From an uncultured Acidobacteriota bacterium (GTDB taxonomy: Bacteria > Acidobacteriota > Thermoanaerobaculia > Multivoradales > SZUA-115), in assembly GCA_963805975.1 (NCBI GenBank), contig CAWDVR010000002.1:320001-384000 (forward strand): 64,000 nucleotides of DNA. Reading direction: 5' to 3'. This document shows positions 24,493 to 34,249 of this stretch, piece by piece. The notes beneath the pieces are model-generated. The model saw nothing but the letters and a program-made list of their open reading frames with translations, had not been told where the DNA came from and ran no database searches. Both the position numbers and the translations under genes were made by a program. Each line of letters starts with the position of its first letter. Position 1 is the first letter of the stretch.

Positions 24493-27113
24493 GCCGCCCC
24501 CTTGGCCGGGCGAGCGGACGGGGAGCTGAGAAGGCTCGCGAGCTCCGGCGTCTTCCTCAGCTCGTCGAACCACGGGAACTCGAACCAGCGCGCCTCGACC
24601 CCGCTCGCGAGCGCACGCTCGGCGTGGTACAGCGCCGAGGCACGGTCCCCCAGCAGGGCGAAGACCACCGAGACCTCGTAGGCGGCCTGCGGGTTGTCGG
24701 CCGCGCTCCGCAGCACGGCCTGCACGGCGGCGATGGCGTCCTGATTGCGGCCGAGGTGGGCCAGGGCCTGGGCACGGGTGCTTTCGAGCTGCCAGTGCGA
24801 GGACGCCGGGTCCGCCGCCACCAGCCGCAGCACGGACTCGTAGAGCGAGCGCGCCGCCGGCTCGCCGTGCGCCAGGAGCACCACGTCCGCCAGGTTCAAG
24901 GCCATCATCGGGTTCCTGGGCTCGCCCTCGGCCACCCGGCGGAAGGTCCGCTCGGCGTCTCCGTAGCGCTCGAGGAGGAAGTAGGCGAGCCCGAGGTTGG
25001 CGAGCTCGGTGGCCTCGGCAGAGCGCGCCACCAGCTTCTCGTAGAGCTCCGCCGCCCGCTCCGGGGAGCCGGAGAGGAGCTCGAGCTCCGCCAGCGTGGA
25101 CAGGGCCTCGTACTGGCCCGGCACCTTCGCCAGCACCTCTTCGAGCCGTTGCCGCGCCGCGACGGGGTCGCCGAGCTGCTTCTCGAGCGCGGCGGCACGC
25201 AGCAGGTAGCGCCACGAGGGGTGCTCGCGGGCCACCGTGCGCATCAGCTCCAGCGCCTCGGCGCCCTGGCCCTCGCGCAGCAGGAGCTGGGCGCGGCCGG
25301 CCAGCACCTCGGGATCGCCCGGCTGCAGGCGCTCGAGCTCGGCCAGCGCCTGCCGGGCGCGGGGCAGATCCTCGGCCTTGAGCGCCACCTCGTACTGAGT
25401 GATGAGCACGCGAGGGTCTTCCGGCGCCGCCGCCCGGGCCTCCTCGAGCAGCTCCAGGGCGCGTTCGAGGTCGGCGCGGTCACGGCGCTCGTTGAAGCGG
25501 TAGGTGAGCTCGTCGGCCTCGAAGATCGTCGCTTCGAGAAAGCGCGGCGAGCGCCGGCGGATGGCTTCGAGCGTCGCCACCACCTCGTCGCTCGCCAGCC
25601 GCCCGGCCCCCTCGGCCCGCAGCTCCGGCAGCAGCGTGAGGTACTGGGCGTAGTCCGCCGGCTCCACCTCGAGCCGCGGCGCGCCGCGCCGCAGGCGGCG
25701 GTCCGCATAGGCCCGCCGGAGGTGGCTCGCCACCGCCTCGGCCAGCAGATAGGGCTTGTCGACGGGAGCCTCGAAGCTCTCGGTCCACAACAGCGCGCCG
25801 TCCGCGCCCCGCATCCGCGCCAGCACCACCTGGCAGAGCGCGCCGCTGCAAGCGAGGCTCCCGGTGAGGATCTCGTCGGCGGCCACGGCCCGCGCCTGCT
25901 CGACCGGCGGACCGGTCAGCGGGTCGACCTGGGCCGGCGCCAGCGGCTGCACGCCGTCGAACGACAACAGGCCGCGCAGCAAGGAGCGCCGCAGGTTGGC
26001 GGCGGCGAGCTCGGTGCCGCGGTCCGGCGACGCGGCTTGCACCTCGGGCCGGGGCACCGCCACATAGATCGGCGGCAGCGGTCTGGCACGCAGCAGAAGG
26101 ACAGCCGCCACGGCCACGACGGCCAGCACTGCGGCGAGCGCCACGATTCGTGAGCGGCGCCGCAGCGCAGGAACCTCCGTGGCCTCCGCCCGCGCCCGCA
26201 GCGCGGCAAAGGCCTCGGTGGCGCTCGCCATCGTGCGGTGGTCTTCGAGCGGCCGGCCCGCCGCCAGGCTGCCGGTGCCGGTCCGGGTCGCCGACTCCGC
26301 GGCCAGGACGTCCGCCACCTCGAGCGCGGAGGCCGGCCGTTCGGCAGGCTGCTTGGCCAGCAGGCGGCCGACGAGATCGGAGACGGAGGCCGGCACCTCG
26401 GGGCGCAAGGTCGCCACGGCCGGCGGCCGGAAGCCGCAGATCCGGGTCATCCAGTCGAGCGGCGTCTGCGCCTGGAACGGGTGGTGGCCGGTGAGCATCT
26501 CGTAGAGCAGGCTGCCCAGCGAGAAGAGATCGGAGCGGTGATCCACCGGCTGGCCCTTGGCCTGCTCGGGGGACATCGCGCGGTAGGTGCCGACCACGGC
26601 GCCGTCGAGCGAGAGGTTGGCCTCGGCCTGCGAGTCGTAGAAGCTCTTGGCGACGCCGAAGTCGAGAATCTTGGCGTGACGGCTGCGGGTCACCATCACG
26701 TTGGCGGGCTTCAGGTCGCGATGCACGATGCCCTGGCCGTGGGCCTCGGCCAGCCCCTCGGCGATCTCGCGGCCGAGGCGCAGCGCCAGAGCGATCTCGA
26801 GCGGCCCGGCCGCCAGGAGGTTCTCGAGCGGCTCGCCTTCGACCAGCTCGAGCACCAGGGCATCGCCCTCGGGCGCCTCGAGCAGGTCGTGGATCTGCAC
26901 GATCGCCGGATGGTTGAGCGCCGCCGCCGCCCGCGCCTCGCGCCGGAAGCGCTCGCGGGCGCGGTCGTTGCCGGCCACCTCGGGGCGGATGAGCTTGACC
27001 GCCACCCACCGCCCCAGCCGCTCGTCGCGGGCGCGGTAGACCTCGCCCATGCCGCCGGCGCCGAGACGGCCCGTCACGCGATAGGGGCCGATCCGCTCCG
27101 GGGCACCCGCCAT
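24489..27113 (-). CDS. Hanks-type Ser/Thr kinase with TM and extracytoplasmic TPR region
   Basis: LGAGGMGEVY, VAVK, HRDLKPAN, DFG, MSPEQ, DLFSLG; TM IVALAAVLAVVAVAAVLLL; TPR-like helices. Confidence 0.92.
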   Translation of the reverse strand: MAGAPERIGPYRVTGRLGAGGMGEVYRARDERLGRWVAVKLIRPEVAGNDRARERFRREARAAAALNHPAIVQIHDLLEAPEGDALVLELVEGEPLENLLAAGPLEIALALRLGREIAEGLAEAHGQGIVHRDLKPANVMVTRSRHAKILDFGVAKSFYDSQAEANLSLDGAVVGTYRAMSPEQAKGQPVDHRSDLFSLGSLLYEMLTGHHPFQAQTPLDWMTRICGFRPPAVATLRPEVPASVSDLVGRLLAKQPAERPASALEVADVLAAESATRTGTGSLAAGRPLEDHRTMASATEAFAALRARAEATEVPALRRRSRIVALAAVLAVVAVAAVLLLRARPLPPIYVAVPRPEVQAASPDRGTELAAANLRRSLLRGLLSFDGVQPLAPAQVDPLTGPPVEQARAVAADEILTGSLACSGALCQVVLARMRGADGALLWTESFEAPVDKPYLLAEAVASHLRRAYADRRLRRGAPRLEVEPADYAQYLTLLPELRAEGAGRLASDEVVATLEAIRRRSPRFLEATIFEADELTYRFNERRDRADLERALELLEEARAAAPEDPRVLITQYEVALKAEDLPRARQALAELERLQPGDPEVLAGRAQLLLREGQGAEALELMRTVAREHPSWRYLLRAAALEKQLGDPVAARQRLEEVLAKVPGQYEALSTLAELELLSGSPERAAELYEKLVARSAEATELANLGLAYFLLERYGDAERTFRRVAEGEPRNPMMALNLADVVLLAHGEPAARSLYESVLRLVAADPASSHWQLESTRAQALAHLGRNQDAIAAVQAVLRSAADNPQAAYEVSVVFALLGDRASALYHAERALASGVEARWFEFPWFDELRKTPELASLLSSPSARPAKGAA

Positions 27114-27259
27114 CGCTTCAGGAGCCGCTCGGCCGGAGCTTCACCGAGTCGGGACCAGGCCGCGAAAAGACCCGCATTTCTTCGGGGAAAAGCACCGCCA
27201 GACTCTACCACCCGCGCCCGGCCGGCCCTGGTTGAAACACTGGATCGGGGCGTGTGTGA

Positions 27260-27400
27260 GAGATCGGCATCCGCATGGCGATCGGCGCGTCGCGCGGCAG
27301 CGTGGTGGGGCAGGTCACGCGCCAGGGCCTCTGGATGGCCGGCGCGGGATTCCTGCTCGGCATCCTGGGCGTGATCTTCGTCTGGAAGCAGCTCGCCGGG
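27260..27400 (+). pseudogene. Relic of an FtsX/ADOP permease C-terminal segment
   Basis: EIGIRMAIGASRGSVVGQVTRQGLWMAGAGFLLGILG resembles ELGLRLALGAGRADLLRLVIGEGMKL of the permease at 16605; the rest of the gene is absent. Confidence 0.65.
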
Positions 27401-27456
27401 CCAGGAGCCCCGCCCGTGCCTTGCGCTCCCTCACCGCCTTTCCATAAGCTCGGCCC

Positions 27457-27651
27457 ATGCAGCGCACGGCGCAGATCTTTACAAATTTCAAAGAGGCTGC
27501 AAACGCTGATCGGGAGTTTTACGCCGCGCTGACCCCGCAAGAACGTCTCGATGTGCTGCTCGACCTGATCGCCCGGTATCGGGAGTCTTTGGGTGAAGCT
27601 GCAGAAGGATTTGCGAGAGTTTGTCGAGTTGTTGAACTCGCACGAGGTTGA
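27457..27651 (+). CDS. Small partner protein of a minimal nucleotidyltransferase (putative TA pair)
   Basis: 64 aa, ADREFYAALTPQERL; overlaps the downstream nucleotidyltransferase gene. Confidence 0.6.
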   Translation: MQRTAQIFTNFKEAANADREFYAALTPQERLDVLLDLIARYRESLGEAAEGFARVCRVVELARG

Positions 27652-28051
27652 ATTCCTCGTCGTGGGTGGCCACGCGGTAGCGTTTCACGGCTATCCCCGT
27701 TTCACCGGCGATATCGATTTTTTCGTAAGACCCAGTCAGCAAAACGCCTCCAAGATCGGCGATGCGCTGGAAGCCTTCGGCTTTCCAGAAGCACGACGAT
27801 TCCAGGAGGCACTGATGACGGAAGGCAAGATCGTTCAACTAGGCTACCCCCCGAGCCGCATCGACCTCCTGACCTCAGCAACAGGTCTGGAGTTCGAGGA
27901 CGCATCGAAACAGGCCATCCCGGGCGAGCTCGACGGGTTGCCGGTCCGGTTCCTGGACCGTTCGTCTCTGCTGCGAAACAAGAGGGCCTCCGGTCGAGCC
28001 AAAGATCTGGCCGATGTCGAAGAGCTCGAGAAGATCCTCCGGCCACGCTGA
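27593..28051 (+). CDS. Minimal nucleotidyltransferase (DUF6036-like)
   Basis: FLVVGGHAVAFHGYPRFTGDIDFFV (GG..DxD) and NKRASGRAKDLAD. Confidence 0.85.
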   Translation: MKLQKDLREFVELLNSHEVEFLVVGGHAVAFHGYPRFTGDIDFFVRPSQQNASKIGDALEAFGFPEARRFQEALMTEGKIVQLGYPPSRIDLLTSATGLEFEDASKQAIPGELDGLPVRFLDRSSLLRNKRASGRAKDLADVEELEKILRPR

Positions 28052-28088
28052 AAGCTGGCGCCCCGTTTCCACCGACTCAAAGGACCCC

Positions 28089-29966
28089 ATGACCCGACGC
28101 ATGCTGATCAACGCGCAGCGCCCCGAGGAGCTGCGCATCGCCATCGCCACCGGCTCGACGCTCGACAACTACCAGGTCGAGGTCGCCGACTACAACCTGA
28201 CCCGCGGCAACATCTACCGCGGCGTGGTCGCCAACGTGCAGCCCAGCCTCAACGCCGTCTTCGTGGACTACGGCGCACCGCGCCACGGCTTCCTCGCCCT
28301 CCAGGACCTGGTGCCCGAGGCCTTCCACCACGAACCGGAGCGCGGCGAGCGGCGGCGCATCGAAGACCTGATGGAGCGCGGCCGCTCGGTGGTGGTGCAG
28401 GTGACCAAGGACGCCGAGGGCACCAAGGGCGCGGCGCTCACCACCAGCCTCTCCTTCGCCGGCCGCTACCTGGTGTTCACGCCCTTCGACGACACGCACG
28501 GCGTGTCGCGCAAGGTCGAGGACGAGGAGACCCGCCGCGAGCTCAAGGACCACGTCGCCAAGCTCGACGTGCCGGAGGGCGCCGGGGTCATCGTGCGCAC
28601 CAACGCCCTGGACCAGAACAAAGCCACGCTGTCGCGCGACCTCTCCGCGCTCCTGCGGCTGTGGAAGCGGGTCGAGTCCGAGGCCAAGCGCGGCAAGGGC
28701 CCCAAGCTCCTCTACGGCGACCAGGACCTGATCCTGCGCGCGCTGCGCGACTACCTGGACGCCTCGATCGAAGAGATCCTGGTCGACGACGACGACGCCT
28801 TCGAGAAGGCCGAGGACTATCTGAAGGCCTTCCTGCCGCGCGGCAAGGCGCGGCTCGAGCGCTATACGGAACGCACGCCGCTCTTCTCGCGCTTCGATCT
28901 CGAGTCGCAGATCGACCGCATCTACGAGCGGGTGGTGGAGCTGCCGGCGGGCGGCTCGATCGTCATCGACCGCACCGAGGCCCTGACCGCGATCGACGTC
29001 AACTCGGGCAAGGCCACCCGCGCCGCCACGCACGAGGAGACGGCGCTCGCCACCAACCTCGAGGCGGCGCACGCGGTGGCCCGCCAGCTCGTGCTGCGCG
29101 ACCTGGGCGGCCTGGTGGTGGTCGACTTCATCGACATGCGCGCGGCGAAGAACCAGCGCAAGGTGGAAAAAGAGCTGCGCGACGCGATGAAGAACGACAA
29201 GGCGCGTTCTTCGGTCGGCCGCATCAGCGCCAACGGCCTGCTCGAGATCAACCGCCAGCGCATCCAGCAGGCGCTGTCGCTGCGTACCCATCGCGCCTGC
29301 CCCACCTGCGCCGGCACCGGCCGCATCGCGAGCCCCGAGATGGTGGCCCTGGCGCTCTTGCGGCGCGTCCAGGCGCGGGCCGCCTCCGGCGCCCTCGCCC
29401 GGGTCAAGATCGGCCTCCACCCCGAGCTCGCCGACCACTTCCAGAACAACCGCCGCCAGGAGATCGCCGAGCTCGAGCGCGAGTTCGAGATCGAGGTGGA
29501 AGTGATCGCCGCCGCGCAGCTCCACCGCCCCGAGCAGGAGATCGAGTGGTTCGAGCGCACCGCCGAGGAAGTGCGCGCGCGGCGCGCGGCGCCGGTGCTC
29601 AAACCGGCCGCCCGGGAGGTCGCCGAAGCCAGCGTGCAGGCGGCGGACCTCGCCCTGCCCCCGTCCGACCTCGAAGAGGAAGAGGCGGAGGCCGGCAGGA
29701 ACGGTGACAAGCGCTCCCGCAAGCGCCGCCGTCGCGGTGGCAAGAAGAAGCACCCGCAGCCCGACGCGGCCCCGTCCCCAACGCCGGCGGTGGCAGCCGA
29801 GAACGGCGCCGCCGGCCCCGCCCCGAGCACCGAAAACCAAGGCGAGCCGAGGGCCGAAGAGGGCCGCCCCGGCAAGGCCAAGAAGCGCCGCCGCCGCGGC
29901 GGCCGAAAGCGCCGCAAAGACAGCGCCGGCGAAGACTCGGCAGCCCCGGAACCGGCCGCGGAGTGA
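28089..29966 (+). CDS. rne: Ribonuclease E/G family
   Basis: GNIYRGVV..PSLNAVFVDYG (S1), KGAALTT, IDVNSG, DLGGLVVVDFIDM, Zn-link CPTC.G.G, Arg-rich tail. ATG 28089 with AAGGA SD. Confidence 0.9.
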   Translation: MTRRMLINAQRPEELRIAIATGSTLDNYQVEVADYNLTRGNIYRGVVANVQPSLNAVFVDYGAPRHGFLALQDLVPEAFHHEPERGERRRIEDLMERGRSVVVQVTKDAEGTKGAALTTSLSFAGRYLVFTPFDDTHGVSRKVEDEETRRELKDHVAKLDVPEGAGVIVRTNALDQNKATLSRDLSALLRLWKRVESEAKRGKGPKLLYGDQDLILRALRDYLDASIEEILVDDDDAFEKAEDYLKAFLPRGKARLERYTERTPLFSRFDLESQIDRIYERVVELPAGGSIVIDRTEALTAIDVNSGKATRAATHEETALATNLEAAHAVARQLVLRDLGGLVVVDFIDMRAAKNQRKVEKELRDAMKNDKARSSVGRISANGLLEINRQRIQQALSLRTHRACPTCAGTGRIASPEMVALALLRRVQARAASGALARVKIGLHPELADHFQNNRRQEIAELEREFEIEVEVIAAAQLHRPEQEIEWFERTAEEVRARRAAPVLKPAAREVAEASVQAADLALPPSDLEEEEAEAGRNGDKRSRKRRRRGGKKKHPQPDAAPSPTPAVAAENGAAGPAPSTENQGEPRAEEGRPGKAKKRRRRGGRKRRKDSAGEDSAAPEPAAE

Positions 29967-30006
29967 GGCCGGGCGCCGCGGATCCCGATGCTAAGATGCC
30001 GGGAGC

Positions 30007-31776
30007 GTGATCGAGTTCGAGAAGGTCAGCCGCTACGACATCGTCGAGAAGGTCGCGGAGAGCCCTTTCGCGGTCGTCTATCGCGGCCGAGACAGCACCA
30101 GCCTCCGGCCGGTGGCGATCAAGGTGTGCATCGCCGCGGACTCCGCGTTCCGCCAGCGCTTCCTGCGGCTGGCCGAGGCGGCGGCGCCGCTCCGCCACCC
30201 GCACATCGTCGAGATCCTGGAGTTCGGCTCCGGTGACGGCAAGCCCTATCTGATCGAAGAGTTCCTCACTGGTGAGGATCTGCGCCACCGCATCGCCCGC
30301 CGCGGCACGGTGGACGGCGAGCGCGAGCTCGCGCTCCTCGGCGAGGTGGCGCGCGGCCTCGAGCACGCGCACCGGAAGGGTGTCCTGCACCAGGATCTGA
30401 AGCCTGCCACCGTGCACCTCGAAGACGGCGAGAGGGTGAAGCTGGTGGACTTCGGCATCGCCCGCCTGGCGAGCGCCGCCACCCGCCTGGCCTCGCCCGC
30501 GGCCTTCTCCGCCGCCGGCGGCTACCTGCCGCCCGAGCAGGCCCTGGGCCTGCCCGCCGACGCGCGCACCGACGTCTTCTGTTTCGGCGCCCTGGCCTAC
30601 GAGCTGCTGTCCCGGCACCCGCCCTTCCCGGGCTCGAGCCCGGCCGAGCTCCTGGATCGCGCGCTGGTGGGCCGCCCGGTGCCGCTCGGCGACCTGTGGC
30701 CGGACTGCCCACCCGCCTTCTCGGCCCTGGTGGACCGCTGCCTTTCCGCCAGCCCGGGCGCCCGGCCGGCGGGCTTCGACGAGCTCAACGAGGAGCTGGC
30801 GCCGATCCACGAGCAGTTGCGCGGGCGCCCGCGACGCTTTGCGCGCCGCGTGGACGAGACGCAGTCCGGCCGCGCCGTGTCGCTCGACGACACCATGGCC
30901 ATCCCTCCCGAGATGACGCGGCTCCGCGAGCCGGAGGGCCCCGCCCGGGCCGGCAAGGCCGATGCCCGCGAGGAGAGCCTCAAGACCGCCTACGTCGTGC
31001 CGCCTCCCTCGCCGGACGAAACTCTGGAGTCGACCTTGGTCGCGTCGGTGCCGTTCCTGCCGTCCGCCATGTCGGCCCCCTTGCCCACCGCCGCGGCCGA
31101 CACGGCGGAGACTCCGCCGGCGACCGCGGCGGTGCCCCCGGCCGCGGTGGAGCCACAGCCCAGGCCCGCCCGGTTGCCGTGGATGCCGGCGCTGCCGGAC
31201 AGCGCGCCCTCCCGGGCGCTGCCGACGGCCCCCACGCCCGCGCCCAAGACGCAGCCCGTCCGCCCCGTCTTGCGCCAGCGGTCCCGCTGGCTGATGCCGG
31301 CGCTCGGAGTGGCCGGGCTGCTGGCGGCCACGGCGTTGCTGATGAGCCTGCGCAACGACTCGCCGCCCGCTCCGGCTCCGGCCGGCGGGTCCGCGGCGGT
31401 CTCGCCGGGGCCCTTGGCCACGCCTGCTCCTCAGGCCCCGGCCGAGGCCCCACCCATCGAGAACGGCGGCCTGCTGGTGATCGACGCCACGCCCTGGGCC
31501 GAGATCGTGCGCGTCGTCGACGCGGCCGGCCGCGAGCTGCCGCTGCCGGCCGCGCGGTACACGCCGCTCTCCCTCGCCGTGCCGGCCGGCCGCTTCCGCG
31601 CCGAGCTGGTCCGCCCCGGTGCCCGGAAGCCGGCCCGGGAGTCGACCCGGGAGTCGACACGGGAGCCGGTCTCCTGCGAGGCGGTGGTCGCCGCCGGCGG
31701 CACGGCCGTCTGCCGCGCCGACCTCGGCCGCTTCGAGGCGGCGGACTACTTCAAGGAGACCGGGTGGTGGCGTTGA
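30007..31776 (+). CDS. Degenerate Ser/Thr kinase-like protein with Pro/Ala linker, TM and PEGA-like C-terminus
   Basis: VAIK, HQDLKPAT, DFG, YLPPEQ, DVFCFG; no Gly-rich loop; C-terminal IDATPWAEI..YTPL. Confidence 0.8.
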   Translation: MIEFEKVSRYDIVEKVAESPFAVVYRGRDSTSLRPVAIKVCIAADSAFRQRFLRLAEAAAPLRHPHIVEILEFGSGDGKPYLIEEFLTGEDLRHRIARRGTVDGERELALLGEVARGLEHAHRKGVLHQDLKPATVHLEDGERVKLVDFGIARLASAATRLASPAAFSAAGGYLPPEQALGLPADARTDVFCFGALAYELLSRHPPFPGSSPAELLDRALVGRPVPLGDLWPDCPPAFSALVDRCLSASPGARPAGFDELNEELAPIHEQLRGRPRRFARRVDETQSGRAVSLDDTMAIPPEMTRLREPEGPARAGKADAREESLKTAYVVPPPSPDETLESTLVASVPFLPSAMSAPLPTAAADTAETPPATAAVPPAAVEPQPRPARLPWMPALPDSAPSRALPTAPTPAPKTQPVRPVLRQRSRWLMPALGVAGLLAATALLMSLRNDSPPAPAPAGGSAAVSPGPLATPAPQAPAEAPPIENGGLLVIDATPWAEIVRVVDAAGRELPLPAARYTPLSLAVPAGRFRAELVRPGARKPARESTRESTREPVSCEAVVAAGGTAVCRADLGRFEAADYFKETGWWR

Positions 31777-33005
31777 GAGCGCACCGCGCCCGGGCCGCGG
31801 TGGCCGCCCTCCTCATCGTGCTCCTGGCGCCCACCGTGCCGGCCGCCGAGGACGACTTCCTCGACCACTACAAGGCGGGCCTGGCGGCGATCTCCCGGCA
31901 GGACTACCGGGCCGCGGCCGAGTCCATGCGCCAGGCGATCGCCGGCAAGACGGACGAGGACCCTCGCCTGGCGCGGAAGCTCTACCTGAAGCGCTACCTG
32001 CCCCACTTCTACCTCGGCAAGGCTCTCTTCGAGCTGGGCGACTGCCCGGCGGCGCTCGCCGCCTGGGCCGAGTCCGAGCGCCAGGGGGTGGTGCAGAAGT
32101 TCGAGGAGAAGGCGGAGCTCGAGCGGGACCGCGCTGCCTGCCGTGACCGGCTGGCCACGGCGGCGGCGGCCGACGAGGGCCTCGCCGAGGCGCGGCGGCG
32201 GCTGGCGCGCGCCGAGGAAGCCGCCCGCCGGGTGAGCCAGCTCGCCGGCCGCCCGGAGCTGGCCGCCGCCTGGCAGCAAGGCGAGCCCTCGCTCGCGGCG
32301 CAGGAGAACGAGGCGGCTGGCCTCCTCGCCGGCGCACGCGCCGGGATGCCGCCCGCCGGCGGCCCTGCCGAGCTCCCGCGCATCCGTGCCGCCGGCGATC
32401 TCGCCGGCCAGGCCCTCGCCCGCTTCGAAGCCATCGAACGGGAGGCGCAGCGCTTCGGCCAGACGGTCGAGGCCGAGCGCCGGACGGCCGCCGAGCGGCT
32501 GAGCGCCGCGCTCGCCGGCGCGCGCGAGCTGCTGGCTTCGCAGCGCGAGCTCGAGCCCTATCCCCGCGAGGTGGCCCGCCGCCGCGCCGACCTCGAGGCG
32601 GCGATCGCCGCGGCGGAGCCGGCGGGCTCCCCGGCCGAGGTCGAGAGCGCGCTCGCCGCCCTCGACGCGGCGGCGGGCCGGCTCCGGAAGGCCGTGGCGC
32701 CGCCACCCGAGGCCTTGACCCGTGCCGCCGAAGCCTTCTTCCGGGGCGACTACGAGCGCGTGGTCAAGCTGCTCGAGGGCGCCCGCTTCGCCGAGGCGCG
32801 CGCCGCCGCCCACGCGGCCCTCTTCCGCGCCGCGGCGCGCTTCGCGCTCTTCGTGACCGGAGGCGAGGGCGACGCGGCGCTCCTCGGCTTGGCGCGCGCC
32901 GACGTCGCCGCCTGCCGCGCCGCCGATCCCGCGCTGGCCCCGCTCCCGAGCGCCTTCTCCCCGCGGTTCGTCGAGCTCTTCCGCGCCGAGGCCGGCGCGG
33001 ACTGA
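31773..33005 (+). CDS. Exported TPR/helical protein
   Basis: TTG overlaps the upstream stop (TTGA); signal peptide; YLPHFYLGKALFELGDC TPR; FSPRFVELF C-terminus. Confidence 0.7.
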   Translation: MRAHRARAAVAALLIVLLAPTVPAAEDDFLDHYKAGLAAISRQDYRAAAESMRQAIAGKTDEDPRLARKLYLKRYLPHFYLGKALFELGDCPAALAAWAESERQGVVQKFEEKAELERDRAACRDRLATAAAADEGLAEARRRLARAEEAARRVSQLAGRPELAAAWQQGEPSLAAQENEAAGLLAGARAGMPPAGGPAELPRIRAAGDLAGQALARFEAIEREAQRFGQTVEAERRTAAERLSAALAGARELLASQRELEPYPREVARRRADLEAAIAAAEPAGSPAEVESALAALDAAAGRLRKAVAPPPEALTRAAEAFFRGDYERVVKLLEGARFAEARAAAHAALFRAAARFALFVTGGEGDAALLGLARADVAACRAADPALAPLPSAFSPRFVELFRAEAGAD

Positions 33006-33116
33006 GCCAGCAATTGAACCAGTAGGGGCCACGCGGGTACTCACCGTGGGCAGGGCGCGGACCAGCCTACCCATCGCGGCCGGGCGGCTACCGTAGAATC
33101 ACGCGCGAGGACTTGC

Positions 33117-33350
33117 TTGCATCCCCCACCGCCTGCGCCGCCGGCCCCACTCGCTCGACGGGCCCGCGCTCTGCTCTCCCTCGCCGGCGTCCTCGGTGCG
33201 GTCCTCGGGCCCCGACCCGCCGTCGCCCTCGACCCTGGCCGTGCGATCGCCGACTGCGTGCACCAGACCTGGGGCGCGGACGAGGGCCTGCCGCAGGGCG
33301 TGGTGCAGGAGATCCTCGAGACCCGCGACGGCTACCTGTGGTTCGGCGGT
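33117..33350 (+). pseudogene. N-terminal relic of a beta-propeller (Reg_prop) sensor protein
   Basis: Signal peptide, then ALDPGRAIADCVHQTWGADEGLPQGVVQEILETRDGYLWFG, after which the similarity ends. Confidence 0.65.
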
Positions 33351-33532
33351 GGGGCCTCGGCCCGTGGGCCGGTGCCCTGGCATGCCGGGGAACCGCCGAG
33401 GCTCCGTTGTGTCGTGCCCTGCCTCCACCGGGCGAAGGCGGCGAGACCTACTGACCGGCGCTCCTGCACCGGAGCCACGAGACCCAGACCGGCCTCTCGA
33501 CGGCGGGCAGCGCCGCGGGCGAGAATCCGCTC

Positions 33533-34243
33533 ATGTACCGCCAGCTCGAGCCGGCCAAGATCGACCACACCGTCACTCTTCTCGCACAGCGGGTCGAGGA
33601 GCGCTTCCCGGGCTCGGGGCTCGGCCGCGTGTGCCGCGAGCTCGAGGCGGTGATCCGCGACACCGAGCAGCGCTGCCGCTGGATCGCCGAGCCCAAGCGC
33701 TGGCTGCGCTGGGCGATCGGGCTCTTCATCCTGCTCCTGGTCGCGATCCTGGGAGTCTCGCTCGCCGGCTTGAGCTTCTCGACCGCCCGGCTCACCTGGA
33801 TCGAGCTGGTGACCGGGATCGAGGCGGCGATGAACGACGTCATCCTGATCGGGCTGGCTCTCGTCTTCCTGATCAGCGTCGAGAACCGGATCAAGCGCAA
33901 GAAGGCCTTGAAGGGCCTGCACGAGCTGCGGTCCCTGGCGCACGTGATCGACATGCACCAGCTCACCAAGGACCCGGAGCGGGCGGCCTCGCCGGAGCTC
34001 GACACCGCCTCCTCGCCCCAGCGGCGCCTGACGCCCTTCCAGATGACGCGCTACCTCGACTACTGCTCCGAGATGCTGGCCTTGATCGGCAAAGCCGCGG
34101 CCCTCTACGGCCAGCACCTGGACGATCCGGTGATCCTCGCCTCGATCACCGAGATCGAGAACCTGGCGACCAACCTGTCGCAGAAGATCTGGCAGAAGAT
34201 CCAGACCGTGGAGCTGTACCGTCGGCCGGTCGCCGAACCCTGA
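33533..34243 (+). CDS. Hypothetical 2-TM membrane protein
   Basis: ERFPGSGL, two TMs, LHELRSLAHVIDMHQLTKDP, YLDYCSEML, KIWQKI; normal codon usage. Confidence 0.8.
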   Translation: MYRQLEPAKIDHTVTLLAQRVEERFPGSGLGRVCRELEAVIRDTEQRCRWIAEPKRWLRWAIGLFILLLVAILGVSLAGLSFSTARLTWIELVTGIEAAMNDVILIGLALVFLISVENRIKRKKALKGLHELRSLAHVIDMHQLTKDPERAASPELDTASSPQRRLTPFQMTRYLDYCSEMLALIGKAAALYGQHLDDPVILASITEIENLATNLSQKIWQKIQTVELYRRPVAEP

Positions 34244-34249
34244 GGCTCG

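Noticed and set aside
31636-31666. 12-bp repeat CGGGAGTCGACM encoding REST-REST
   Set aside because: Short in-frame duplication in a loop; no evidence of function.
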